A stretch of DNA of 64,000 nucleotides from an uncultured Chloroflexia bacterium (GTDB taxonomy: Bacteria > Chloroflexota > Anaerolineae > CG2-30-64-16): positions 1 through 64,000 of the forward strand of contig CAVZDU010000010.1 of assembly GCA_963774265.1 (NCBI GenBank), read 5' to 3'. This document shows positions 20,768-30,569 of the stretch, piece after piece. Numbering within the stretch: position 1 is the stretch's first letter; each line of letters starts with the position of its first letter. Position numbers and translations under genes: made by a program. Under the pieces are notes generated by a model. It saw only the letters and a program-made list of their open reading frames with translations. It had not been told where the DNA came from and made no database searches.

Positions 20768-23700
20768 ATGCTGGACTTCTTCACGACGGCCCTGCAAACC
20801 CTTGACCCCGACGTCCACGATCTGATTGGCTATGAGGCGGAACGCCAGGCCCGGAAGATCATCATGATTCCTTCCGAGAGCCAGGCGCCCGAGGCGGTCC
20901 GAGAAGCACTTGGTTCGGTTTTCCAGAACATTTACGCCGAAGGCTACCCAAACCCGGACACCCACAAGCTGACCCAGAGTCAGATTCTGGATTACCCCGT
21001 GCAATTGGCGCGCTATCGCCGCATCGGCGATGAGCGTTATTACAAGGGTGTTGAGTACGCCGACGTGATCGAGGCGCTCGCCCGGCGCCGCGCTGCCGAA
21101 GCCTTTGCGACCAACGGTGTCGCGCCGGATGACATTTGGGCGAATGTTCAACCGCTCTCCGGCTCACCCGCGAACAGCGCTGTTTACGCGGCGCTAGTCC
21201 CGGTGGGTGCAACGGTCATGGGCATGGATTTGCTCCACGGCGGCCATCTTACCCACGGCAGCCCGGCCAACCGCTCCGGTAAGCTTTACAAGATCGTCTC
21301 CTACGGCATCGACCCGCAGACCGAACGACTGAACTACGAGGCGATTGAAGCGTTGGCTCGGGAGCACAAGCCCAAGATGATTATCGCGGGTTATACCTCA
21401 TATCCCTGGATGCCCGATTGGGCCCGATTCCGCCAGATCGCAGATGCGGTAGGTGCATATCTTCTGGCTGACATCTCCCATATCGCGGGCATGGTCGCTG
21501 CAGGCGTTGTTCCCAGTCCAGTGGGCCACGCGCACGTGATCTCGTTCACCACACATAAGACGCTTTACGGTCCTCGCGGCGCATGCATCCTGACGACCGA
21601 CAAGCTGCTGGCGGCCAAGGTCGATTCGGCTGTTTTTCCCGGCGAGCAGGGCGGACCGCACGTCAACGCGATAGCCGGCATGGCCGTGGCGTTCAAACTT
21701 GCCACTACTGAGCCGTTCCTGCGGATGCAGCAGCAGGTGGTCGCAAATGCGCGGCACCTGGCCAGCGAGCTTCAGCGCCTCGGCCTCCTTGTTCCTTACG
21801 GCGGCACCGATACGCACCTGCTGCTGGTCGACACCAAAAGCGTGCGCGCGGCTTCAGGCGTCAGTCCCGATAAGAAGAAGGGTACGCCTCTGATGGGCGA
21901 TGTCGCAGCGAACATCCTCGATCTGGCGGGCGTGGTGTGCAACCGCAATACGATCCCCGGTGATAAGAGCGCGCGCACACCGTCCGGTATTCGCCTGGGC
22001 ACGCCGTGGATCACACAGCGCGGGTTTGTCGAGTCCGACGTTACTCGGTTGGCGGAGATCATGGCCGGGGTTCTGCAGGCCTGCAGGCCGAACGCACATG
22101 CCGGCCGGCGCGGTCCGGTCTACTCGGCACGAATCGATTTCGATGTGCTTGAGGAAGCCAAGCGGGACGTGGTGGATCTGGCCTCCTGCGTCGACCTTCC
22201 GCCGGATTACAAGCCCTCGGGTTACCCGCATCACTACTTCATGTACAAGGCGACAAAGGATCCAGGCGGGGAATGGGATATCGTCGAGATCCAAGGTTCG
22301 AATGTGCGCGGTTTCTGCAATGTCTCGATGACAAACGACGTGTATGCGCTCGGCCCTGGCCAGGCACAGCCCACGTGGCTGTTGAACCCTGACGGGTCGC
22401 TGTTGAGCGAGGCGGTGCTGAAGCGGCCGGGGCCCGAGACGACCCGGTTGCAGCTTCTGGTCCCCAAGGCTAAGGAAGCGCGCGTCGCCGCCTGGCTGCG
22501 CAGTTTATCCGATGGCTTCGTGACCATCGATCCTGACGACGATTTCGTGAAGGCGCCCGGTCCGGTGGTCGTAAAGCGGCTGTCGCACGAGCTGACGGAT
22601 GTATGGCCCGAGAGGCCGCCCCAGCCCGAGGAATTCACCGGCGGCACGGTCGGCTGGGCCTACCACAAACCGTATTGGATCGGACATCGTCGCTGCCCGC
22701 GGCCCGAATTGGCCGTCAATCGTGATTTGCAGCCCCTGCCCAGGTTCGAGTGGCAGGCGCCCGCAACCGCCGACCTGAAGCGCACGAACCTCTACGACAC
22801 GCATCGCCGTATGGGCGCCAAGGTCGTGCCGTTCGCAGGCTATGAGATGCCCGTGCAGTACTCGTCGGTGATGGACGAGCACCTTGCGGTTCGCAAGGAT
22901 GCCGGCCTGTTCGACGTAAGCCACATGGGCCTGTTTGAGTTCCGTGGCGAGAACGTCCACTTGTTCCTGCACACGATCGCAGCCAACGACATCACGCTGC
23001 TGGGCATTGGCGACTCACAGTACAGCTACCTGCTCGCACCGGATGGCAGCGTGATTGATGACACTTGGGTTTACAGGCTGGAGCAAGAACGCTACTGGGT
23101 GGTTGTCAACGCGTCGAACAACGACAAGGACTGGGAGTGGATTCACGCGGTGTGTGAGAACTCGGTCCGCATCGACGAGGATCGGCCCTGGGTGCGCGCG
23201 CTTGGCACAGAGAGAGTGGAAATGTCCGACATGCGCGATCCTGCCCGCGGTGACGCACAGCGGGTTCAGATCGCTCTGCAGGGACCTCGATCGTGCGATA
23301 TCCTGCTGTCCACGCTGGCCCCGGGCGATGAGTTCCGCACCACGCTGCTGGACATGAGGCGCAACCAGATCGCCCACGGCGTCTGGATGGGTTATGACCT
23401 CTGGCTTTCCCGGACGGGGTACACCGGCGAGCCGATGGCGTTTGAGATCTTCGCGCACCCGGCTGACCTGCCCGGCCTGTGGCTTGCGCTGCTTGAGGCG
23501 GGCAAGCCATTCGGCCTGAAGCCATGTGGTTTGGCCGCCCGCGACAGCCTGCGTATCGAAGCCGGCTTACCGCTGTACGGCCACGAGCTGGCCGGCCCGC
23601 TGAATCTCAACCCGGGCGCTGCGGGCTTCGCGCCTTACGTGAAGGTGTACAAGCCGTACTTCATCGGCAAGGACGCCTATGTGGCCGAGGAGGCAAAACG

Positions 23701-24010
23701 CCAGGCGCGCCTGGTGCGCTTCCAGCTCGAGGAGGAGCGCGCGCCGCTGCTCGCCCAGGGTGACGTGATCGTCAGCCGCAAGGGTCGGGTGATCGGCTGG
23801 GTGACGAGCTGCTCGATCAACACCGAAGGCCGGCTGGTGGGCCTGGCCTACGTTCAGGAGCCGCACCATGAGCGCGGCACCCGGTTGGGTGTGTACAGGG
23901 CGGGCAAGGATTCATGGGAGACGGAGCCGCTCCAGGCACTGACGTTCGGTGACCGGGTCATGCTGCCGGAGGACATCACAGTGCTGCCGAGATTCCTGAA
24001 CAAGCAGTAG
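20768..24010 (+). CDS. glyA-gcvT: Serine hydroxymethyltransferase fused to glycine-cleavage aminomethyltransferase T
   Basis: SHMT motifs YAEGYP, GGHLTHG, FTTHKTL.GPRG (PLP lysine) and SGIRLGT. GcvT motifs LFDVSHMG, SRTGYTGE and ARDSLRIEAG.PLYGHE. All lie in one uninterrupted ORF. Confidence 0.9.
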   Translation: MLDFFTTALQTLDPDVHDLIGYEAERQARKIIMIPSESQAPEAVREALGSVFQNIYAEGYPNPDTHKLTQSQILDYPVQLARYRRIGDERYYKGVEYADVIEALARRRAAEAFATNGVAPDDIWANVQPLSGSPANSAVYAALVPVGATVMGMDLLHGGHLTHGSPANRSGKLYKIVSYGIDPQTERLNYEAIEALAREHKPKMIIAGYTSYPWMPDWARFRQIADAVGAYLLADISHIAGMVAAGVVPSPVGHAHVISFTTHKTLYGPRGACILTTDKLLAAKVDSAVFPGEQGGPHVNAIAGMAVAFKLATTEPFLRMQQQVVANARHLASELQRLGLLVPYGGTDTHLLLVDTKSVRAASGVSPDKKKGTPLMGDVAANILDLAGVVCNRNTIPGDKSARTPSGIRLGTPWITQRGFVESDVTRLAEIMAGVLQACRPNAHAGRRGPVYSARIDFDVLEEAKRDVVDLASCVDLPPDYKPSGYPHHYFMYKATKDPGGEWDIVEIQGSNVRGFCNVSMTNDVYALGPGQAQPTWLLNPDGSLLSEAVLKRPGPETTRLQLLVPKAKEARVAAWLRSLSDGFVTIDPDDDFVKAPGPVVVKRLSHELTDVWPERPPQPEEFTGGTVGWAYHKPYWIGHRRCPRPELAVNRDLQPLPRFEWQAPATADLKRTNLYDTHRRMGAKVVPFAGYEMPVQYSSVMDEHLAVRKDAGLFDVSHMGLFEFRGENVHLFLHTIAANDITLLGIGDSQYSYLLAPDGSVIDDTWVYRLEQERYWVVVNASNNDKDWEWIHAVCENSVRIDEDRPWVRALGTERVEMSDMRDPARGDAQRVQIALQGPRSCDILLSTLAPGDEFRTTLLDMRRNQIAHGVWMGYDLWLSRTGYTGEPMAFEIFAHPADLPGLWLALLEAGKPFGLKPCGLAARDSLRIEAGLPLYGHELAGPLNLNPGAAGFAPYVKVYKPYFIGKDAYVAEEAKRQARLVRFQLEEERAPLLAQGDVIVSRKGRVIGWVTSCSINTEGRLVGLAYVQEPHHERGTRLGVYRAGKDSWETEPLQALTFGDRVMLPEDITVLPRFLNKQ

Positions 24011-24113
24011 CGTAATCTCGGTTGTTACAACGTTCATGTACAATAAGTCACGTAGTTGACTGAAAGCCAGAATTAATGAACAATGCCGTCCACTAATTTC
24101 TTGTACATAAACG

Positions 24114-25205
24114 GTGCATATGGATGAACCGGATAATACCGACAATATAAATCGTCCCGCCGAACACCTCGCCTCGGACGGGAGCCCCGAGCAGCAGGTA
24201 CTCGAGCGGCTGGCAGAAGTCGTTCGCCTGTTAGCTTTGGCAGACGCGGAAGGCAAGCGGGCTGGCCCCGCTGCCTTCCGTCTGCTGGATAAATATCGCG
24301 GCCCCTTTAGCGATGCGATAGTCAACTTCGGTGAAGCCCTGGCGGATTTCCTCGCCGCGCACCCTGATACTCCGACGCTTCTTGAGCACCCCGCTTTCGC
24401 AGAGCAACTCAAGCCGCTTCTGAATCTCATGCGCGCCTTGCCGGTTCTGCGGCGCATGCAAGAGTGGGGGCCGCGCCGCCTGGAACGCGATGAGGTCCGG
24501 CGCGCGGCGTTACTCGCCAGCCAACCTGCCTTCGATCTGCCCACGCTTTTGCTGGGCGACTATTATGGTAACAGTGCGATGTTCCGGTCTTATCGAACCC
24601 GGGTTACCGTGCTGGCCGAGTGGGTCCACGAGGAGGCGCGCACTCTTCTAGCCACCCAACAGGAGCCGGTTCGGTTGCTCAAACTGGCTGGTGGCAGTGG
24701 TCAGGAGATGGAGCCTTTGCTCGCCGATGCGAAGTGCGCTGCCAACCTATTCGTGACCTATGTGGACGAGGACAGCATCGGGGTGCGTCGGGTGCGCCAA
24801 AGCATTGAGAAACGGCTGGCTCATAGGCCTCGCATGCTGCGGGCCGATCTGTTGTCATTGGGATCGAACCCCAACCGCCCGCGCGGTGCGTTCGATATCG
24901 TCTACGCGCTTGACCTGTTCAACACACTGACCATTCAACAGATCTCTGACGCGTTGCGAGCTGGTTTCGCCTTCTTGAAACCTGGCGGTGTGCTATTCAC
25001 TGGGGGCTTTCTGCCCGACGTGCCGCGTAGCGAGAAGGCTATCTTGGCCGGGTTGATGAGTACGCAGGTTCAATACCTGGACGAGATCGACTGGCGACGA
25101 TTGCTGCGTGAGGCGGCCTTTGATCTGGAAAGCTCACGCCTTGAAATCCTGGAGCCATCGACCATCCTGGTGGCATCACGACGAGCCATGGAGCCTCAGG
25201 AATGA
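24114..25205 (+). CDS. Class I SAM-dependent methyltransferase-fold protein (degenerate PhcB-like)
   Basis: LLKLAGGSGQE (motif I-like), FDIVYALDLF and LKPGGVL. Confidence 0.6.
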   Translation: MHMDEPDNTDNINRPAEHLASDGSPEQQVLERLAEVVRLLALADAEGKRAGPAAFRLLDKYRGPFSDAIVNFGEALADFLAAHPDTPTLLEHPAFAEQLKPLLNLMRALPVLRRMQEWGPRRLERDEVRRAALLASQPAFDLPTLLLGDYYGNSAMFRSYRTRVTVLAEWVHEEARTLLATQQEPVRLLKLAGGSGQEMEPLLADAKCAANLFVTYVDEDSIGVRRVRQSIEKRLAHRPRMLRADLLSLGSNPNRPRGAFDIVYALDLFNTLTIQQISDALRAGFAFLKPGGVLFTGGFLPDVPRSEKAILAGLMSTQVQYLDEIDWRRLLREAAFDLESSRLEILEPSTILVASRRAMEPQE

Positions 25206-26239
25206 GCGAGCAAACGCCGGATGATGATCTCGCACTGCTGGCCCAACGATTACGGGACTTGCGGGATCTCGTTGATCGCATTGGCGGCCAAATCAGTCCT
25301 GGCGCCTCCCGCACGCCCGAAGCGACCATCGCGCGTCACCGAGGGGAGGTGTATGCGGCGATGGACGCGTTGGGCAATGCGATCCACGCGTTCCAGTTGA
25401 CCTCTCCGTCTCCCGATCGATTGGCTGCGGCGCGCCGTTTGGTCGTCGATCCACTTCGCGAGTGGTCCGCCACCAGCCCGGTGTTTTTCCGTAGCCAGCA
25501 GGAACCTGGACGTCAGTTCGGCTATCATGAGTTGGTCGGGCTGATGCGCGATAAGCGGATATCTGGGGCCGACGTGCCAGCATTGGTGCTCGACGACTAC
25601 TATGTGCACGCGGTGGCTGGTGAGGCGTTCCGTAACCGGCTCCTGCTCGCTGGTGAGCGACTTCATGCTGAGGTGTTGCGGAGGCTGGACCTCGGTTACC
25701 GCTTGCTGCGGATCGTCTGTCTCCAGTACTTGGGGGGTGTGGAGTTGACGTCGTTGGCCGAGGATTCGGAGATAGTCGATAAGGTGCAGATTACGTGCCT
25801 CGACGGCAATGCATCCGCCATCCGTCATGCCAAACGGACACTTGGGCCAGTTTTCAAGGGGCGTATCCTATTTCAGCGAGCCGACGCACAACAGTGGTTG
25901 TATGGGCCCGAGTGCCAGCGTGGATCGGCCTGCATCGTCTGTGCAGTCTCGCTGCTCGAACAACGCGACGCTGCGGCCGTGATGACAATCCTGCGAGGCG
26001 CATATCAACTCTTGCGCAACGGTGGGGTCCTGCTGGCTGGGAGTGTGACCCCAAACGTGCCAATAGCCGAGCGAGTCCTACGCGACTGGCTTTTGGGTCG
26101 CAACTGGTACTTCCGCGATGAGCAGGAGTGGCGCTCGTTGCTCGGTTGGACGGCGTTTGCCCCCGATCACGTGAGGTTCGACTACGAACCGTCGCAGGTC
26201 AACCTGATGCTTACCGCGCAGCGGGCCTCGGAGGCTTGA
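25202..26239 (+). CDS. Class I SAM-dependent methyltransferase-fold protein (degenerate PhcB-like paralog)
   Basis: SPVFFRS..EP...G..E, LDDYY...A..AFRNR, ITCLD and L..GGVL. Motif I is degenerate. Confidence 0.6.
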   Translation: MSEQTPDDDLALLAQRLRDLRDLVDRIGGQISPGASRTPEATIARHRGEVYAAMDALGNAIHAFQLTSPSPDRLAAARRLVVDPLREWSATSPVFFRSQQEPGRQFGYHELVGLMRDKRISGADVPALVLDDYYVHAVAGEAFRNRLLLAGERLHAEVLRRLDLGYRLLRIVCLQYLGGVELTSLAEDSEIVDKVQITCLDGNASAIRHAKRTLGPVFKGRILFQRADAQQWLYGPECQRGSACIVCAVSLLEQRDAAAVMTILRGAYQLLRNGGVLLAGSVTPNVPIAERVLRDWLLGRNWYFRDEQEWRSLLGWTAFAPDHVRFDYEPSQVNLMLTAQRASEA

Positions 26240-26256
26240 TCCTCGGCGCCTCGCGC

Positions 26257-27276
26257 TCAATCGTCGACTGAGGCGTCGACGGTTAGTCGTTCGAGATCGG
26301 CTTTGCTGCACCCGACGTCTTCTTTGATTTCCAGAATCGACCCATCCTCGCTGAACCGTTGCAGCACAGCCAGCACCTCGCCCCGCGTCGGCACATTCAA
26401 CCCTGTCCCACGTTTCTGCACCTTTGCCGCACCGATGGCATTGGCCAGCACGCCCAGCGAAGGCAGCGGCAGATCATTCAGGTAACCGAAGATTACGCCT
26501 GCGGCGAGGCTGTCGCCCGCGCCTGTGGCATCTACAACCGGCACCGGATAGCCCGGCGCGATCTCGAATTTCTCCGGCGTCACCAAAAGGCAGCCTGCCA
26601 CATCGCGCTTGACCACCACAAGCTTCGTGTCTGCCGCGACCAGCGCCTGGCCCGCGCTCAGCGCGTCCCGCGCGCCCGTCAATCGCATGGCTTCTTTTTC
26701 GTTCGCCAACACCACGCGGGACAGCCCAGCCACTTCTTTGTGCCATTCGTTGTTCAACGAGGGGTTGCCGGGTCCAGGATCGAAGAAGGTGGGCACGCCG
26801 GCGGCCGCGGCCTCGCGAAATGCATCGAGAACCAGCGCAATGACACCCTCGGTTTCTGCCCAGCCGTCCGCGAAGATGGCGCACGCGCCGCGAACTTCCT
26901 CGCGCCATGATTCCGGGAGTGCACTCAGGCGGAGCTCGCCGCGGTACCCCAAATACGCCGGCTCGCCGGCTGAGTCGACAACTACGCCCGCAACGGGTGT
27001 GCGCACCGCGGGGCTGACCACGATCAGGCCGCAGTCAATACCTTCACTCTGCAGCCCTTCCAATACCGCCTCACCGAACGCATCATATCCCAACTCGCCC
27101 AGGCACATCACGGGCAACCCAAGCCGCGCGGCCATGATGGCAGTATTGCACGCGCCCCCCGGCCCAAGCTGCAAATAAATGACGCGCTGCAAATCGGTCG
27201 CCTGGACGGGGAACGCAGGAATGTGCATCGACAGGTCGGCGATCAGGTCGGCGATCACGATGACGGGTGCGGGCAT
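26257..27276 (-). CDS. PfkB/ribokinase-family kinase
   Basis: GGACNTAI.AARLG, FFDPGP and VDATGAGDS. Confidence 0.9.
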   Translation of the reverse strand: MPAPVIVIADLIADLSMHIPAFPVQATDLQRVIYLQLGPGGACNTAIMAARLGLPVMCLGELGYDAFGEAVLEGLQSEGIDCGLIVVSPAVRTPVAGVVVDSAGEPAYLGYRGELRLSALPESWREEVRGACAIFADGWAETEGVIALVLDAFREAAAAGVPTFFDPGPGNPSLNNEWHKEVAGLSRVVLANEKEAMRLTGARDALSAGQALVAADTKLVVVKRDVAGCLLVTPEKFEIAPGYPVPVVDATGAGDSLAAGVIFGYLNDLPLPSLGVLANAIGAAKVQKRGTGLNVPTRGEVLAVLQRFSEDGSILEIKEDVGCSKADLERLTVDASVDD

Positions 27277-28073
27277 GTGACCTCCAGTGTCTTCACGAAT
27301 TGCTCGGGGGTGAGCGGGGTCCCGGGCAGTCCCAGGGCCTGGGCGAGGCGTGCAAGCTGTGGGGGTTCCACCTCTGCCGTCGCAAGAACCTCTGTCTGCG
27401 CCAGCACATCGGCCGCGCGGCCATCCGCTTGTACTTGCCCCTTGGCCATGACGATCACACGCTCGAAGTGCTCGGCAGCGAAGTCGATGTCGTGGGTGAT
27501 GGCCACGACCGTGCGCCGTTCGGCCTTGAGGTGCTCGATGATGTCCCCGATGCGCGTCAGGCCACGCGCATCCTGGCCCGTCGTCGGTTCGTCCAGGACG
27601 ATGACGGGCGTGTTCATCGCGAGCACCGCGGCCAGCGCAAGCAGCTTGCGCTGTGACAGGTGCAGGTCGTACGGGTGTTTGTCCAGTTCACCGTCCAGCC
27701 CGGCCGCGGCCAGGGCCCGTTGCGCCGCTTCCTTTGCCTGCGCGTCACTGCGTCCCAGGTTCTTCGGCCCGAAACTGGCTTCCTTGATCACAGAACGCTC
27801 GAAGAGCTGGTCGTCGGGATTCTGGAACACGTAGCCCACGCGCGACGCCAGTTTGGCGACCGAGACCGTGCGCGTGTTCCATTCGCCAACGTTCACGCTG
27901 CCCCCCGTCGGCCTCAGCAAACCGTTGAAGTGCTTCACAAGGGTGGTCTTGCCCGCGCCGTTTTCGCCCACGATGGCAACTGATTCGCCGGAAAGGAGGG
28001 TCAAGGAGACTCCCCGGAGCGCCTGAACGCCCGAGGGATAGGAGAAGGTGAGGTCGGTAATCGAGATGTTCAT
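27255..28073 (-). CDS. ECF transporter ATPase (EcfA')
   Basis: GENGAGKTT, VFQNPDDQLF and LDEPTTGQD. Confidence 0.9.
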   Translation of the reverse strand: MNISITDLTFSYPSGVQALRGVSLTLLSGESVAIVGENGAGKTTLVKHFNGLLRPTGGSVNVGEWNTRTVSVAKLASRVGYVFQNPDDQLFERSVIKEASFGPKNLGRSDAQAKEAAQRALAAAGLDGELDKHPYDLHLSQRKLLALAAVLAMNTPVIVLDEPTTGQDARGLTRIGDIIEHLKAERRTVVAITHDIDFAAEHFERVIVMAKGQVQADGRAADVLAQTEVLATAEVEPPQLARLAQALGLPGTPLTPEQFVKTLEVTCPHPSS

Positions 28074-28906
28074 GGGGCGAAAAACACCGCCGCTTCTCCT
28101 AATGTGACGGGTAATGGGCGGTCCGCAGCAATACAACCCTGGCTGACGGCCAATCGTGCGGCTTGCGTGTAGCGTGTCGGGCTGAGCCCGTAATCCGGGA
28201 GGGAGGGATCAGCCAGGACGTCGTGCGGCCGGCCATCGTGAACGATGCGCCCGCCATCGAGCAGGATGATGCGATCCGCATGGACTGCGATCCACTCAAG
28301 CTTGTGTTCGGCCAGGACGACCGTCGTCCCCGTCTTCGTCAGGGCATCCAATGTCTCGAACACTTCGCGCGTCCCCACCGGGTCAAGCTGTGAGGTGGGC
28401 TCGTCAAGTACGAGCACTTTGGGCTGCATCACCATGACTGAGGCGATGGCCAGTCGCTGCTGCTGTCCGCCGGAGAGCGCATAGGGCGAGCGGTCGGCCA
28501 ATTCCCCTAGCCCTGTGAGGCGCAGGGCATCATCGATGCGCGGAATCATTTCTTCGCGCGGGATGCCGAGGTTCTCCAGCCCGAAGGCCAACTCCTCGCG
28601 GACTGTGAACCGTGCGCCAGTGATCTGGTTGAATGGATTGGCAAACACCAGGCCAATTTCGCCCGCTAGCCCCGCCAGGGGAGTCTGTACCAGGTCATGC
28701 CCCCCGACGTTGATCGTCCCGACCACAGTTCCTTTGTAGAAGTCCGGGATGAAACCCGAGAGGGCATAACACAGGGTCGATTTGCCTGCGCCGTTCGCGC
28801 CAATTACGGCGAGAAACTGGCCAGCGGGGACATGGAGATCGATATCCTGTAGGGACGGCGCAGGCGCGGCCGGGTAAGTATAGGTGAGCCCTTTCACGAC
28901 GATCAT
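28070..28906 (-). CDS. ECF transporter ATPase (EcfA)
   Basis: GANGAGKST, LSGGQQQR and LDEPTSQLD. True start MIVVKGL at 28906. Confidence 0.9.
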   Translation of the reverse strand: MIVVKGLTYTYPAAPAPSLQDIDLHVPAGQFLAVIGANGAGKSTLCYALSGFIPDFYKGTVVGTINVGGHDLVQTPLAGLAGEIGLVFANPFNQITGARFTVREELAFGLENLGIPREEMIPRIDDALRLTGLGELADRSPYALSGGQQQRLAIASVMVMQPKVLVLDEPTSQLDPVGTREVFETLDALTKTGTTVVLAEHKLEWIAVHADRIILLDGGRIVHDGRPHDVLADPSLPDYGLSPTRYTQAARLAVSQGCIAADRPLPVTLGEAAVFFAP

Positions 28907-29688
28907 AAGACGCGCCTCAGCCAGACCCCCGCAGCGACCACGGCGGCCATGGCGATCAGCAGAAGGATCCGTGCGACCTTCTGAGCCGCGGAATCGGGCA
29001 GCACGAGCAGGCTCGTCTTTTTGCCCTCGCGCGAGAATGCACGCGCCTCCAACGACATGGCGCGCTCCTCGATGTCGATGATGCTGCCCAACACGAGCGG
29101 CACCACCAGCGGCAAGAGCGCGCGCACCCTCCGGCCGATCCCGCCCTCGGTTTCCAACCCCCGCGCGCGTTGCGCGTCGAGGATGGTGTTCGCCTTGGCC
29201 TGGAAGCGTGGTGCGATCTGGATGGTGGCCAGGACGATGTAAGTGAGGGCTTTGGGCGCGCCGCGCTGATCCAGCGCGATCATTAAGGTATCGGGCCGGA
29301 TGGTGAGCGAGAGGAGCAGGAAGCTGCCGACGACCGCCAGAATTCGTCCGGTGCTCTGGGCCGCGAAAAGCAGCCCTTCGCTCTTGAGTGACAAGGGCCC
29401 CAGGTGGACGATGGGTGTGCCCCCCGACCAGAACAGCCCCTGGATAAGGAAGACCGAGATGGCGAAAGGTAACACGATTTCGAGCGCGCTGGACAGCAGG
29501 TTGGGCAGCACCTGGCCCCACGCAGCCAGCGGCAGAATCACGAGCAGAAAGACCAGGTACGGTCCCCACGGCCCGGGCAGCGCCAACCCCGCCACCAGGC
29601 AAAAGCCGACCACCGCCAGCATCGTCAGAGGATGCAGGCGGTGCAGGCTACTCGGCCGCGGGGTGTAGAGACTAAACGCGTTCGCCAT
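28903..29688 (-). CDS. ecfT: ECF transporter transmembrane T component
   Basis: LHRLHPLT, AQRARG and LEARAF (the two X-R-X motifs). Confidence 0.9.
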   Translation of the reverse strand: MANAFSLYTPRPSSLHRLHPLTMLAVVGFCLVAGLALPGPWGPYLVFLLVILPLAAWGQVLPNLLSSALEIVLPFAISVFLIQGLFWSGGTPIVHLGPLSLKSEGLLFAAQSTGRILAVVGSFLLLSLTIRPDTLMIALDQRGAPKALTYIVLATIQIAPRFQAKANTILDAQRARGLETEGGIGRRVRALLPLVVPLVLGSIIDIEERAMSLEARAFSREGKKTSLLVLPDSAAQKVARILLLIAMAAVVAAGVWLRRVL

Positions 29689-29705
29689 TAGCGATCCTTT
29701 GACAT

Positions 29706-29853
29706 TGAGAGCACAGAGAACTCATAGAAACAGCTTGGGCGGACATGCGCAGCAATCCCCACAGCCCAACAAATCGGGAGCCCAGACCGAACGATAAGGG
29801 CTGACTCAAGGGATTGCCTCCAGCGTCTCTGCGATCTCAGTGGCCTCTGCGGC
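29706..29853. repeat. Imperfect palindromic intergenic element with 9-nt-period (CACAGAG/CTCTG) arms
   Basis: Left gagagcacagagaactcataga and right tctctgcgatctcagtggcctctgcggct. The right arm closely matches 50314-50344. Confidence 0.55.
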
Positions 29854-30434
29854 TACTTCGGCAGGTATTCCGCGTTCGGGAAGCGCACCCGCAGCCGCAA
29901 CGGCAGCGCCATCACGATTAAGAACACGACCAGGAACGTCGCCAGCTTGTCCAGCGGGTCCGAGACGATTCCCTGGCCGAAGGTCGCCTGCATGATCCCC
30001 GCGCCGGAGGCACGCAGCGCCGCTACTACCAGGTCGGTTCCAGCCCCGGTCACGCCGCCGAACACGATGGCCGACGTAGGGGCCGAAAGAATGGCCGCAA
30101 CCACACCCGTAATCAAACCGCCCAGGGCCCACATCCAGATCTTCCGCGCCCAACCGATCCGGGTGAAGATGCCGGCCAGCAGCCCGATGACTGCCGCCAC
30201 ATAGAAGAACGGTGTATAGGTCGGATTGAGTCCGCTCAATCCCCAAATGAGATTGGTCAATCCTCCGGTGATCAGGCCGGCGAGAGGGCCGGCGAGCATA
30301 CCCACCAGCACGGTGCCGATGGAGTCGAGGTAGATGGGGAGCTTCAGAAGGACGACGATCTGTCCGATAGCGATGTTGATGGCAATTGCGACGGGGATGA
30401 GTGCAAGGGTGAGAGTGTTGAAGCTTCGCTTCAT
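29853..30434 (-). CDS. ECF transporter substrate-specific S component
   Basis: About 6 TM helices, LKLPIYLDSIGT...GP..G motif and DK near the C-terminus. Lies directly upstream of ecfT/A. Confidence 0.85.
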   Translation of the reverse strand: MKRSFNTLTLALIPVAIAINIAIGQIVVLLKLPIYLDSIGTVLVGMLAGPLAGLITGGLTNLIWGLSGLNPTYTPFFYVAAVIGLLAGIFTRIGWARKIWMWALGGLITGVVAAILSAPTSAIVFGGVTGAGTDLVVAALRASGAGIMQATFGQGIVSDPLDKLATFLVVFLIVMALPLRLRVRFPNAEYLPK

Positions 30435-30569
30435 CTGCAGATCCTCCTGTTGAGTGTCAATCGTCCGATATGCAGCCATTGTAGGGCAAACGACGACGTC
30501 TGTCCAGTGATGAAGGAGGATCTTGCTGCCGTGCACCAGGCTGTGGTCAGGAGCCGGCTCTGTGCATGA

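Noticed and set aside
28070-29602. 510-aa ABC ATPase with a long N-terminal extension
   Set aside because: The extension is an alternative frame over ecfT. The real ATPase starts at 28906.
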